From: Lama glama | Taxonomy: Eukaryota | Assembly (NCBI GenBank): GCA_028534125.1 | Contig: CM052825.1 | Coordinates: forward strand, 24,862,001 to 24,926,000 | Reading direction: 5' to 3' | DNA length: 64,000 bases | In this document: one piece after another, positions 38,150 through 50,145 of the stretch | Numbering within the stretch: position 1 is the stretch's first letter | How the letters are laid out: each line of letters starts with the position of its first letter | The notes under the pieces: generated by a model | The model's database searches: none | Seen by the model: the letters and a program-made list of their open reading frames with translations, nothing else | What the model was told of the DNA's origin: nothing | Program-made: the position numbers and the translations under genes

Positions 38150-38900
38150 GCAGCTGCTCTCCAAGCATTCCGCTCCGGCTAGAGCGCCCAGTGCCTGTGG
38201 CGCCGCTCTAGCCGGCTCCTCACTGGGGCGGAAGTCGCACGCGCACTTCCGCCGGGCGGGGCCGTTGCTGGGCGGGACGGTGACGTCACCCCGGAAGGGG
38301 CGGGCCCGCCGGGACCAGGCCGTGCCGCGCCGCGCCGCGCCGCGCCGCGCCGGCCGGGAAGGGGCCGGATCCCGCACTATGGCGGCGGCGGCGGCGGGCC
38401 CCGAGGGGCGGCGCGTGGTCCAGGATGCGGCGGCGGCGGTGCCGGAGAGGGGCGGCGGGAGCTGCGTGCTGTGCTGCGGGGACCTGGAGGCCACGGCGCT
38501 GGGCCGCTGCGACCACCCAGTATGCTGCCGCTGCTCCACCAAGATGCGGGTGCTGTGTGAGCAACGCTACTGCGCGGTGTGCCGCGAGGAGCTGCGCCAG
38601 GTGAGCCGCGCCGGCGGGGCCGCGCATCGGGGCGCGGGCGCGGCCAGTCGGGGCGGCAGGGAACCCAGCGGCCGGAAGGGGACTTTACCTTCCTGGTGTC
38701 CGGCCGCAGGCCTGGTGGCGCCGGCTTCCAAAAGAGAGGCCTGGCGGGACCACTTGGGGCGGGGTCCCGACCGCAGGGCCGACTCTGGGGCGTCTGGGGC
38801 CATGAGGCATGAGATGGCCGATCTAATTTGAAGAGGTAGCGATCCCTTTGGGGACAGAGCCCGCGGACTTTCCTCCTGCTCCCCGGGAATTCCTGCTGGG
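38150..38900 (+). promoter_or_regulatory. ZNF598 CpG-island promoter
   Basis: Inverted ETS sites at 38227-38235 and 38245-38253; full CRE TGACGTCA at 38281-38288; ETS CCGGAAG at 38291-38297; GC boxes; (GCCGC)n at 38324-38352. Confidence 0.85.
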
Positions 38901-41900
38901 CCACAGAAGGGGTACGATCAGAGCAGGAACCCCTCGACCTGCTCGTCTTTGGGAGTTTATTCCTCAGGGGTCTTCATTCCGATGGAGGCAACGGGGCAAG
39001 TGGGCACCCTCAGACGCGGTCTGTCCTGGAATTAGAGGGTCAAGCGAGCTTTTCCAGCCCAGCTGTTATTTCTGGACCTCCCTGGGTTACGCTGAGCAAA
39101 CTCCTTTTCATCTATTAAGTGATGGTGGCACTCTGACCTGCCCACCAGAGGGGAAGGCAGAACCACTGAGGTCTCCTCTGGTTGCTTGGTGGGTGGGGAT
39201 AAAAGTGTTATGAAGTTTTTCTTGCCAGTCCCAGCTGGGGGCTTAACTCCAGAGTTGGGGGATGGGGGCAGTTTCTGACTCTCCAGACTCCTATGAGCCC
39301 TAGTGAGGTTAGAGGGCAACAGGGAGCTTTTCCTCACTCTCCCTGCAATGCCAGCTGCTGGCTGGGAACGCCTAGCTGGAGCTTCCTTGGTTTGCTGTGC
39401 TTTGAGATCTGTTTGCTTCTGCAGTTGTGAAATTCCCCTGGTTTGTTCATGGAAAGCTTGAGCTGGTTACATCTACCAGGGAATCTTGAGTTTCTTCTTT
39501 CTAGAAGTGATGCAGAAACGACTTTGTTCACTTTTGTTGTTGTTAGAGATTTATGTTAAAAGAGCCTAGGAAATGCTGTAATCCCATGACTACTCTGTGG
39601 TTACCTATTCTGTTCACTATTGGAAAGACACTTGGAGACGCTGTCAGTCTATCATGGGGAGTACAGAGAGGGATGCGGATCTGGGAGAGAGCAGAGGTGC
39701 CGGAGCAGTCGGGGAAACCTTGGATCTGTGATTTAGTCAGAAGGCACCTCCCAGCTTTGCCAGAGCCTGCCTTGTCGGCTAGTCTTTCATGACATGATGT
39801 AATTCTTGAACAGCCAGGTTTCCCAGCATACCTGTAGTTTCCTTCCAGGAAGGCAGACAGGCAGGCAGGCGCTGTGGAGTCCCTGGCCCTGGGTGCTGCA
39901 GGTCTCACTCAGGAAGTGAGCAGACATCTATATATGGCTCCTCTAGCTAGCATCTAGCCTCTCTCATTCCTTGTGGGTCCCACACCCTCCAAGTGCTCTG
40001 TGGCAAGGGGGTGTTGACATGAGCTGTCAGCTGGCTCCAGCTGGGATGTGGTTTGGCATCAGGTGCCCTGGCCGAGCCTGACCTTCCTCTTGGGCCTGCC
40101 CTGAATTGCTAAGCAGCAGGAGGGTGTACTGGGAAGTTTGCGGAGATGATGCTCCTCCCCATTCATCCTGCTTCCCTCCCACTCTTGAACTTGCAGCACC
40201 CCCTGTCCCTCTTGTTCCCTTGTTGAGCCCTGCATTGTCCTCTGAATACGTCCTGTGTCCCATGCCCCCTTGGGAATCCCACAGTGACCCCTAGCCCCTG
40301 AAGCCTGCCTCTGCTCTGCCTCCTGTATGGAACTAAGTCTTTGTGAAAATTGGAAGGAAAGTATGCCAGGATGCAGGGACAGGCCAGCTTCATCTGCTGG
40401 TTAATTCCTACATCTTGATCTAGTGCCTTCCTATGCCTGCCCAGGGGGGCAGCCTTGCAGCTGCCGGTCAGGCGAGGAGCCAGATCAGTTAAATTGCTCG
40501 GCAGGTGCTCAAGGCAGAGGCCAAGGCGGCTCCCACCTGATGGGCAGCGGTAGCATTGGTCTTGAGGGCACTTTGGTTGAAACTGATGTCAAGTCCCAGG
40601 TTCCTGTCCTCTCTTCCCTGGTTGTACCTTTTACACAGGCCACTTTCCTCTGAAAGCATTCCACCTTGTCTGGACCCCTGGTGATGCCAAAGAGGCTTGA
40701 TGGGGCTGCTATACAAAGTGGGATATGTCTGTCTTAGGAGGGGAACTGCAGGCCACCTAGTGCAGCCCCAGTGCCCTGTTTCATAGAAAGTAGGAAAGGA
40801 GGCTGAAGGCAGGTCAGGAGGCGGGACCTGCTGACTCAGGTCATGCTTTTCTATTGTCCGTGCTCCCTCCCCCCACCCTGGTCCTGGCCCTCTTCCTCTA
40901 AGATTACCCCTGCTCCATCCCCCTCTGGCTCTTCTTGTGCCTGTGTTCTAGGTAGTGCTGTCTCTGGGGGCTCACTCTGTATTCCCTCCTCTCCCCCAGG
41001 CCCACCCCTCACCATCCAGCTCACTCTCAGCACTGGTCATTGCTAATACCCCTGTCCTCTCATCCACTCATTCTCAGTGAGTGCTCACTGCATGCTGGGA
41101 ATGGGGAGCAGCAGGGCCCCAGGCAGAAACCCTTAGGCAGGGAGAGTCTGAGGGGGCTCTTACCCCCATCTCCCTCTCCTCACGGCCTGGCCATCTTGGG
41201 GTCCACCCAGGCTGCCCAAGTATCTAGGCTTGGTCTGTACCTCTGTCCTTGGACCTATGATCTCCTCCCGTCAGGGTGATCACCAGGGTGGGTGGGTCTC
41301 AAGCCACACTGGTTGGATCACTGGTGGGTTCCTGCCCATCCCTGGCCAGGCCACCACACCCTCATTCTTGTCCAGCCACTCAGTCTTGCCACTCATCTCA
41401 CTCTCTGCTGGGGGCAGGGGACACTGGCCACACCAGGCTGCAGTACCATCCATCGTCTGCTCGTTGCTGGACCTGGCCTCTGGTGCAGGCCTGAGGGTCC
41501 AGTCCTGCTCCCAGGGCCTGTCCAGGGGTGGGTGCAGTTGGCATTTCCCCATTCCATGCCCCCTGGCTCCTAACCTGCTCACCCTCCTTCTAAAACACAC
41601 ACAGCTTTGAGCTTGCATGCCCATGGCTTCTTTCCTTTCCCAAGCCTCTTCTGTGGTTCCAGCCCTTTCCCAAGCCAATCCAGTTTCCCCTTTCTGACCT
41701 GTCTCAGGTGTGCCTAGCCAGGGCTGTCCCACTAGACCGCTCAGGAGGAACAGACGCCCTGCCCAAGCTGATTGTCGCTCAGTCCACGGCGAGGGTACCC
41801 ACAGCCCAGGGAGACACTGCCTGTGGTGGATCAGAGCTGACCCCTGAAAGGAGGGTGCCAGAGCCGGGATGAGGGTAGGGGGAGCCTTCTGGCATGGGTT

Positions 41901-44900
41901 TCCTCTGGGGAAGTTGTTCCTTTGCTGAGTCTGTTGGGCTGGGATGCTTTTTGGCAGCTTTACGGTTTCCCTCTAGGGCTGCTAATCTGAGTCTCAGTGC
42001 TTAGTTCCTTATGCTCTGTGCTCCTCCAGCAGCATCCTGAGTGGTTCATGGCCCTGCACCTGCAGGCACCTATCTCTGGACAGGAACTGGGGTTTCTGCT
42101 GGAAAAGCCCCCTTAGGAGTGGTCAGAAGGCAGGGCTGGGTGTAGGCTTGCTCTTGGAGGGCAGATCCCCTGACAAGAGGCCAGTGCGAGGTCCAGGGAC
42201 CCTCCCTATGTTCATTCAGGGCCTGCAGAGAAAGCCAGGGCAGAGAGTGTGGAGGCTGACCCTTTGGAGGCAGAGCCAAGGCTCCCCTTTGAAGACAGGT
42301 CACAGGAGTGCAGCTGGGATGAGGTGTGCTCAGTGTGGGGCAGGGGCAGGGGTCGGTGGCCATGTTTATCCTGCCTGGCTTTACCAGGCATGGCGAAAAG
42401 GGGAAGAAAGGCCTGTTGGGGGTTCATTCCTCCACCCCTACCTCACTGTGGCCCCCAGAATGGGTGTGGCTGGACCATGACACTTCCCTTGGGCTCCTTT
42501 GGGGGCAGAATCTGGGGAAGACTTGGTGGTCTGTTTTCTACCACCATCCCCCACAGCATGTCCTCAGAAGTGGAGGCTGAGCTCCCCGTCTCCTCCCCCA
42601 GGCCCCCAGGGAGCCAGTTTTAACCACCCTGCTGCTGGAGACAGTGTGACCACCCACTCTCTCCAGCCAGTCCTATGCTTTCCCAAGTTCACGGCCAATT
42701 GTAGTCCCAGACAGCCTCCTTGGCTGGGCCTAAACATAACAGGGGTGTCCTTGATGTGGCCTTTCCCAAGGTGAGGATGTCCCCCGCGTGTGCTGGTGAG
42801 GACTCTGAGCTGAGCTGAGTGCCCTACTTTAGGCTGGGGGGACAGTGGTGGATCTGAAAGGGGCACGGAAAGGAGACAGGACTGTCGTCTTGATCCAAGT
42901 GAGGGAGAGGGGGACAGAGAGAAAGGGGGTGCTGGAGGATGAGGGAGTCCTGGAGGGAACAGTGCCCTTGTTGGCTCAGAGGGGAGGCCTGAGCCTATAA
43001 AAAGGCCTGGGGGCCAGGCTGGGGTCTCTGGGACAGGGGTCTGGTCCTCGTCCATTGCCACAGTTTGTGGAGGTGCAGAGCCTCCAGAGGGCTGGAGACC
43101 CCAGAGAAGCAACCAGGCTGTGGACATTTCTGCATCTAGCTCACCAGCTCATCCCTTTGGTGCCCCCAGACAGCCAAGTTAACAGGCAGGCAGCCCGCCC
43201 AGAATGGCCAGGGTCCATGACCCAGTGCTGCGGGACAGTTCCTCTCCTGTGGTGTTATGGAAGTGTCGTGAGTGGATGGAGGGTGGCCAGGCATGGTCAA
43301 CTGATGGGTCCTGGCCTGGCAGCATTATTTCCTTAGCTGCTTCCTGGATTGTGTCTCTCCTTTCTCCCAGTGAAAGTCATCCTGTGCTTGACACCCATGT
43401 GATTAAGGTTTGGTTTGCCCCGCTGTCTGGTCCCTGTCACTGCCCCTGGGACAGCCTCTGTCTGGCAGGTGCCAGTTTTGCTGTGGATGAGTGGGGAGTC
43501 GGCTGCCCCCTGGCTGCGAGGCCAGGGATTGCTTCTCTGTTTTGGCAACCCTAGGTGGCTGGGCTGCGGGTGAGCAGAGGGGGCGTGTCCGCCTCCCGTT
43601 CTTTTCTGCTTGACAGCGCCTTCCAGTGGACATCCCGGGCCCCGCTCACCGTGCCCTTGTACTTTCGGTTCCAGGTGGTCTTTGGGAGGAAGCTTCCTGC
43701 CTTTGCTACAATCCCCATCCACCAGCTGCAGCATGAGAAGAAGTATGACATCTACTTTGCTGATGGGAAAGTGTTTGCCTTATACAGGTGAGAGAGGAAC
43801 CCTCAGCCTGGGATTCCGAGAGTCTGCAGGGCGCTTTGTGGTGGGGACGGGCACATCCCCATCACCTCCTGTGCTCCTCACAACACTCAGGTGGGTGGGG
43901 GCACTTTCTGTGGCACAGACATCAGGGTCAGGTGGCTAAGTTCCCATCATTGGTCTTCTGTCCTGTAACTGGGGGTGCTCACACCCCCCTCCTGGGGTGG
44001 TGGTAGAGATGAGGGGCAAGGGGGTGAATTCAGGGAAAGCCCTCCTGGTGTAGCACCCAGCACCTGCTTCCTGAGGGCTCTTGGAAGTGCACAAGAGCTC
44101 TTGCAAGTCAGGCTCTTAGCCCATGGTGGGAAAACCCCGTAAAGTGGTACAGTTATCTTGGGGCCGGTCCTCATCTTCCAGGTGAGAGGGCAGCCGCCTG
44201 GCTCAGCTAGAACCTGGGCTTTTGACCCCAGGCTCCTGTGTGGGCTCAGTTATAATATTCATCTGACACAGAGGTCAGTCTCCTGCATCATGGCCCCACC
44301 CCCGTCACATGGCCTTGTTCAGCTCAGGCACTGGCCCAAGCCCCATCTGACTCAGTGGTCAGAGCTCCAAGGTGCATGGGGAGCCGAGTGCCTGTCTTCT
44401 GGCTCCCACTCCGAGAGTGTCTCCAGGGCCTTGGAGCGGTGGACCATGGGGAGGGTCTAGTGCTCACTCTGGATGACACTGCTGAGTGCCCTCGGGTCCT
44501 GGTGCTCTTGGTGTCTCCCTAGGCAGCTTTTGCAGCACGAGTGCCCGCGATGCCCTGAGCTGCCACCTTTTGGCCTCTTTGGGGACCTGGAGCAGCACAT
44601 GCGGAAGCAGCACGAGCTGTTTTGCTGCAAGCTGTGCCTCAAACACCTCAAGGTGAGCCCCACCCTGCCTCCACAGCAGCTGCTTGGGTCTTTGGGACAT
44701 TTAGGGAGTCCCTGGCTGAGGTGGATGGTGTCCAGGCCCTGTAGAGGCTGGCGTAGGGGTGCTCAGCAAACAGCTGTGAGGGGCTTATTGCTGCCCCTGG
44801 CCCTGGCCAGGCCGGATCCCCAGGGCTTCCCAGCACCCACCCAGCTCTCCTGCCTCACAGAGCCCTGGGGTGGTGACCAATCAGGCTGCACAGCCCAGGC

Positions 44901-46867
44901 AGGGCAACCTCCTAGTAACCACGTGGGTCCTCCAGGTTGCTGGTGTTGAGGGCCCTGTGACAGAGCTGATGCCACCAGGATCCTTTGGTGGTGTTGGGCT
45001 GTGGGGAGAGGTAGGGGGCCGGGGAGCCCCCACCCCATGCCCAGCCCTTCCCCACTCCCTGCAGATCTTTACCTATGAGCGCAAGTGGTACTCGCGCAAG
45101 GACCTGGCTCGGCACCGCATGCAGGGGGACCCCGATGACACGTCGCACCGCGGGCACCCGCTCTGTAAGTTCTGTGACGAGCGCTACCTGGACAACGATG
45201 AGCTGCTCAAGCACCTGCGGCGCGACCACTACTTCTGCCACTTCTGTGACTCTGATGGGGCCCAGGACTATTACAGGTGGGTGCGGTAGCACAAGGCCCT
45301 GGACACCTGGGCAGGCTGGGCACAGGCCGTTGGCCACGGTGCCTGGCGGCCCCAACTAACAGCCCATCCCCGGCAGTGACTACGCATATCTGCGCGAGCA
45401 TTTCCGAGAGAAGCACTTCCTGTGTGAAGAGGGCCGTTGCAGCACCGAGCAGTTCACCCACGCGTTCCGCACCGAGATCGACCTTAAGGCCCACAGGACA
45501 GCCTGCCACAGCCGGAGCCGTGCTGAGGCCCGCCAGAACCGCCAGATCGACCTGCAGTTCAGCTACGCACCTCGGCACTCACGCCGGAATGAGGGTGAGC
45601 AGGCCTCTCCTTTGCTGAGTGGAGCTCCCACAGCTCCCACCTGGCCCCCGAGGCAGTGCTCACCTTGCGGAGCCCTGCTCTGGAGGCCTCAGACCCAGGT
45701 CCTGATCCGACCGCTCACATATCGACGGGGACAAGGGAAACACCTGTTGAACCTGCATCTGCCAGCCCATCGAGTAGCTCTGAGCACCTGAGCACATTGG
45801 GACAGGGAGCTCTTCACTCCAGCTGGCTCCCGCAATGTCTTGGATCTGCTGCTCTGAGGTCCCTGGGACTCGTCCCTGGGTCAGGAGGATTATTGAGCAC
45901 CTGCTATGTGGGCGTTCCTCCTGGGAGTGTGGGGTTGGTAGGGCCAGGCCCTTCTCCCAGCACCATTCTTGCTCTGACCTGGTGCCCAGGCCATAGAGGT
46001 CTGGGGCTGTTGGGGACCCCAAGAGGTGTCAGCCCATCCCCCAGGGCTCATGTGCTGTGGGGGGCGGGAAGGCTTCTGCTGTCCAAGCTGGAGCACTGGC
46101 TGTGGTCTTGCCCGGGCCCATGACAGGCTGTGTGCTGGCTGCAGGGGTTGTCAGTGGCGAGGACTACGAGGAGTTGGACAGGTACAACCACCAGGGTCGC
46201 GCAGGCCGGGCCAGCGGCCGTGGAGCCCAGCAGAGCCGCCGAGGAAGCTGGAGGTACAAGAGGTGGGAGGATTCACGTGCCACTGAAGTTCTCCTGGCAC
46301 CACCCCTGAGGCGGTGGCAGCGGCCGGCAGCTGGGCTGGGAACAGGCACTGGGGTCCGGGGACTTCAGCCTTTTGGTCTCTGGTGTCCCCAGCATGGCAA
46401 CAGGGCCTGCTCAGTGTCCTCAGTGAGCACATTTCCTCCTCTTTTTCCTACTTTCAGCCAGAGACACGAGGAACCTGTGGGGTGGGGTTGTGTGAGAGAG
46501 GCTCTGAACTTGGGGGTTCAGGGCAGTTATGCCTTGAAGCCCGGGCACACAAGCACACTCAGGCTGGGGTTGGCCAGGCTGGATCAGGGCATCTGTGGAC
46601 TCCAGATGCTGCCCCAGAGAACTGGGTCCAGGTGCTGTCTGGGGAGCTGGAGCCTCAGGCTGGCAGGCACATGTTCTGCTGCCTCCCCAGCGCCCTCTCC
46701 TGGCCGGCGAGGTGGGCCAGCCCCGTTCCCCTGGCCTCCGACCCCTCCCCAGTCCCTCCCCCTGCATACTGCTGTAGTCCTGGGCCTTGCCCAGCCTGAA
46801 GATCTCTCCATCTCAGGGAAGAAGAGGACCGAGAAGTGGCAGCTGCCATCCGAGCCTCAGTGGCTGC

Positions 46868-46944
<77 letters not shown>

Positions 46945-49579
46945 CACGCAGGAGCGAGGACCAGGTGGAGGGCAGCAGGCCCAGAAAGGAGGAGGCAGTG
47001 GTGCGGGGGCCTGAGGAGCCCAGGGGCCCCCGGCGTCCGGCCCGGACTCAGGGTGAAGGCCCAGGTGAGTGGGCCTTCCTTGCAGGCGTCTCTGCTCTGG
47101 CCTGAGAGGCCTGAGGCAGCCTCTTGCCGAGCGTGGTGCCCAGACTGGCAGGGTACCCACCCAGAAAGTGGACAAGAACCCACATGCTCTCTGGTCACTC
47201 TGTGGGGCCTGATCTTGCCTTCAACATTGATCCGTCTGACATAGGGTTCTTTCGTGCCTCGCAGGCCCCAAAGAATCCTCGACAAACGGTCCTGTGAGCC
47301 AAGAGGCCTTCCCAGCAACCGGCTTGGCTGTGGGGACCGCACTTCCAAGGTACACGTGTGCACAAACCGGGGTGAGGGTGCCGGGCTCCTATAGAGGGTG
47401 AGTGTGGGACCGGCCAGGGACGAGCAAGCCGCTGAACCTTCTCCCGTTCCTCGGCTCAGCACTCTCCCACCCCCGACTTCGAAGCTCAAGGATGAAGACT
47501 TTCCCAGTCTCTGTGCCTCTGCTTCCTCCTCCTCCTCCACCGCAGCAGCCCTGGGCCCTGTGGGGCTGCCACTGGCATACGCGGTTCCCAGCAGGGGCAG
47601 GAGCACCTTCCAGGAGGACGACTTCCCTGCCCTGGTGTCCTCTGCTTCCAAGCCCACCGCTGCCCCCACCAGCCTCATCTCTGCCTGGAACAGCAGTGGC
47701 AGCAAGAAAGTGGCACATCCCACCACTGGGGCCCAGTCTGCTGGTGGGAGCAGCCAGCCCTCCAGGAAGGCTGGGAAGGGGGGCAAGGGTGGCAAAAAGG
47801 GTGGGCCGCCCCCGGTGGAGGAGGAGGAGGAGGATGGCCGCACTGGCCTCACCGCCCAGGAGCTGCGGAGCGTGCCCACAACAGTCACTGTCTCCTCCCT
47901 GCTGGCACTGGCCTCCACCCAGACCTTCACCAAGGTTGGCAAGAAGAAGAAAGTGGGCTCTGAGAAGCTGGGTGCCGCATCTCCCCCGCCACTGCCCTCT
48001 GACAAAGATGGGTCCCCTGGGGCTGAGCAGGCCCCCACAGCCCCCACTGGCAGGGCTGAGGGGCCAGTTGCTGTTGTCGTCAATGGACACACAGAAGGGC
48101 CGGTCCCAGCTCGGAGCACTCCCAAGGAACCCCCTGGGCTCCCAAGGCCCCAGGGGCCCCTCCCTTGCCCCACACCCCAGGAAGACTTCCCAGCGCTCGG
48201 CGGCCCCTGCCCGCCCAGGATGCCCCCGCCCCCAGGTATGTGTACCTGCCTCAGGCCTGCTTTTCAGCATCTGGGAAGAGGTCAGAGTAGCAGAGTCAGG
48301 CTGGAGCCCTCCAGGCCCACGAGGAGCACAGCTAGAGGTTCTGTGGTGCAGGTGCAGGTGCAGGAGGGAAGAGGTAAGCTTCTACAGTGGTTTCCAGCTG
48401 CCTCAGAAGCCAGGCTCCACGTCTGTGAGTGACGTGATCTCGGTTCACCACTTAACTTCTCTGTATCCTTTTCCTCCCCATAAATCAGGGCAATTTTAGC
48501 ATCCTCTTGAGATGGGTTTAAGTGAGTTAACTTAGACAGGATTTGCCATGAGGGAGCACAGTTTATGTGCCAGCACTTGGCATCATCCGGTCCCAGGCCT
48601 GTTCCATGGCGGAGGTGGGTCATGGATGAAGCCTGACCCTGATGAGATGGGAGGTGGGGAACCAAGGCCTGGCTGTGCCTGTCCAGTGAGAGTCACGTCC
48701 TGGGATCTTCCTGTGCTCACCCTGCCACAGGCTTCAACACTGTGGTGCTTCTGAAGGGCACTCCACCCCCGCCTCCGCCAGGTCTCGTGCCCCCCATCAG
48801 CAAGCCGCCCCCTGGCTTCTCCGGCCTTCTGCCCAGCCCCCACCCAGCCTGTGTCCCCAGCACTACCACCACCACAAAAGCGTGAGTGAGGGTGGGCCGC
48901 CTGGCCTGGTGCCCCTGGGGGAGTGCTTTCACCTTGGGCCACCCCAAAGGCTGAAGCTTCCACCTCCTCCCCATCTCCTGACCCCAGACCTAGGCTGACA
49001 ACCATGCCACGGGCCTACCTGGTCCCTGAGAACTTCCGGGAGAGGAACCTGCAGCTCATCCAGTCTATCAAGGACTTCCTGCAGAGCGATGAGGCCCGCT
49101 TCAACAAATTCAAGAGCCACTCGGGGGAATTTAGACAGGTTAGGCAGGCGGGGTTGCGGGGGGCCAGTCCAGCCACCTGGGGCCCAGGCCTGGGCCAGGT
49201 GTGACTGGTCTGCTCTGGGTGGCAGGGTGTGATCTCCGCAGCCCAGTATTACAAGAGCTGCCGGGACCTGCTCGGGGAGAACTTCCAGAAGATCTTCAAT
49301 GAGCTGCTGGTGCTCCTGCCCGACACGGCCAAGCAGCAGGAGCTGCTGTCTGCGCACACGGACTTCCGAGGCCGAGAGAGGCCTCCCGGCACCAAGGCCA
49401 AGAAGAACAAGAAGAATGCATGGCAGGCCAGCACCCGGCAGACGGGCCTGGACTGCTGCGTGTGCCCCACTTGCCAGCAGGTGCTCGCGCACGGTGATGT
49501 CAGGAGCCACCAGGCGCTGCACGCCGCCCGGGATGATGACTTCCCCTCCCTGCAAGCCATTGCCAGGATCCTCACGTAG
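38379..49579 (+). CDS. ZNF598: E3 ubiquitin ligase ZNF598 (ribosome collision sensor, Hel2 orthologue)
   Basis: join(38379..38600, 43675..43787, 44523..44652, 45065..45276, 45377..45594, 46145..46262, 46817..47064, 47265..47349, 47460..48235, 48731..48881, 48988..49138, 49226..49579) = 2778 nt, 925 aa. N-terminal RING, C2H2 fingers, Pro-rich PPPPG motifs; all introns GT-AG. Confidence 0.97.
46869..46940 (+). repeat. Pure coding (CAG)24 repeat (polyQ) in ZNF598 exon 7
   Basis: 72 nt of uninterrupted CAG, in frame. Confidence 0.97.
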
Positions 49580-50139
49580 CTCCCGCCAGTGTGGGCAGAA
49601 GTTGCCATACTCATGAGCCTCCTTTCTCCTTCCTTCTCCCACTGGGCTGCCAAGCAGCCAGGTGAGGCCACCTGTTCAGGTCCTGCAGCTGACCAGCCCC
49701 CCAGGGGTCACCAGGAAAGCCCACCCCACCCTGTCAGCACACCATCACGCAGGAGTCCATCTGGTTTTCTCCTGGGAACTGGGGAAGGCCCCTGTCTTAG
49801 CAGCAGGCCAGTCTGGGTTATTCTCATGCTTTGGGAAGGGCCAGGACGCCGGGACCTGTCTGTGGTGTCAGAGTGAGTGGCCACGGTGGCCTAATTTGGG
49901 ACCTCCTGAACCTGAGGGCTGTAGCATCATGGTCCCTGAGCCAGAAGCTGTGGGTCCACTGGTGTTGGAGTCAGATATTGAGTGTGTTGTGTAAACAGTT
50001 GAATGTTTCATGATTCAAGAATGTTCAGGATTAAAAGCAGACACGAAATCGTGCTACTTGAAGTTGAATCTTTTTACGAGACGAGCTGAATCTGGGATCT
50101 CAAATTGCCTCTGACCTTTTATAAGACAATTTATCTTTA

Positions 50140-50145
50140 AATAAA
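50140..50145 (+). terminator. ZNF598 polyadenylation signal
   Basis: AATAAA in an AT-rich block; ATTAAA also at 50030-50035. Confidence 0.75.

Noticed and set aside
46857-48173. 438-aa minus-strand ORF ending in poly-Leu
   Set aside because: Antisense shadow of GC-rich ZNF598 exons 7-9; the poly-Leu is the CTG strand of the CAG repeat.
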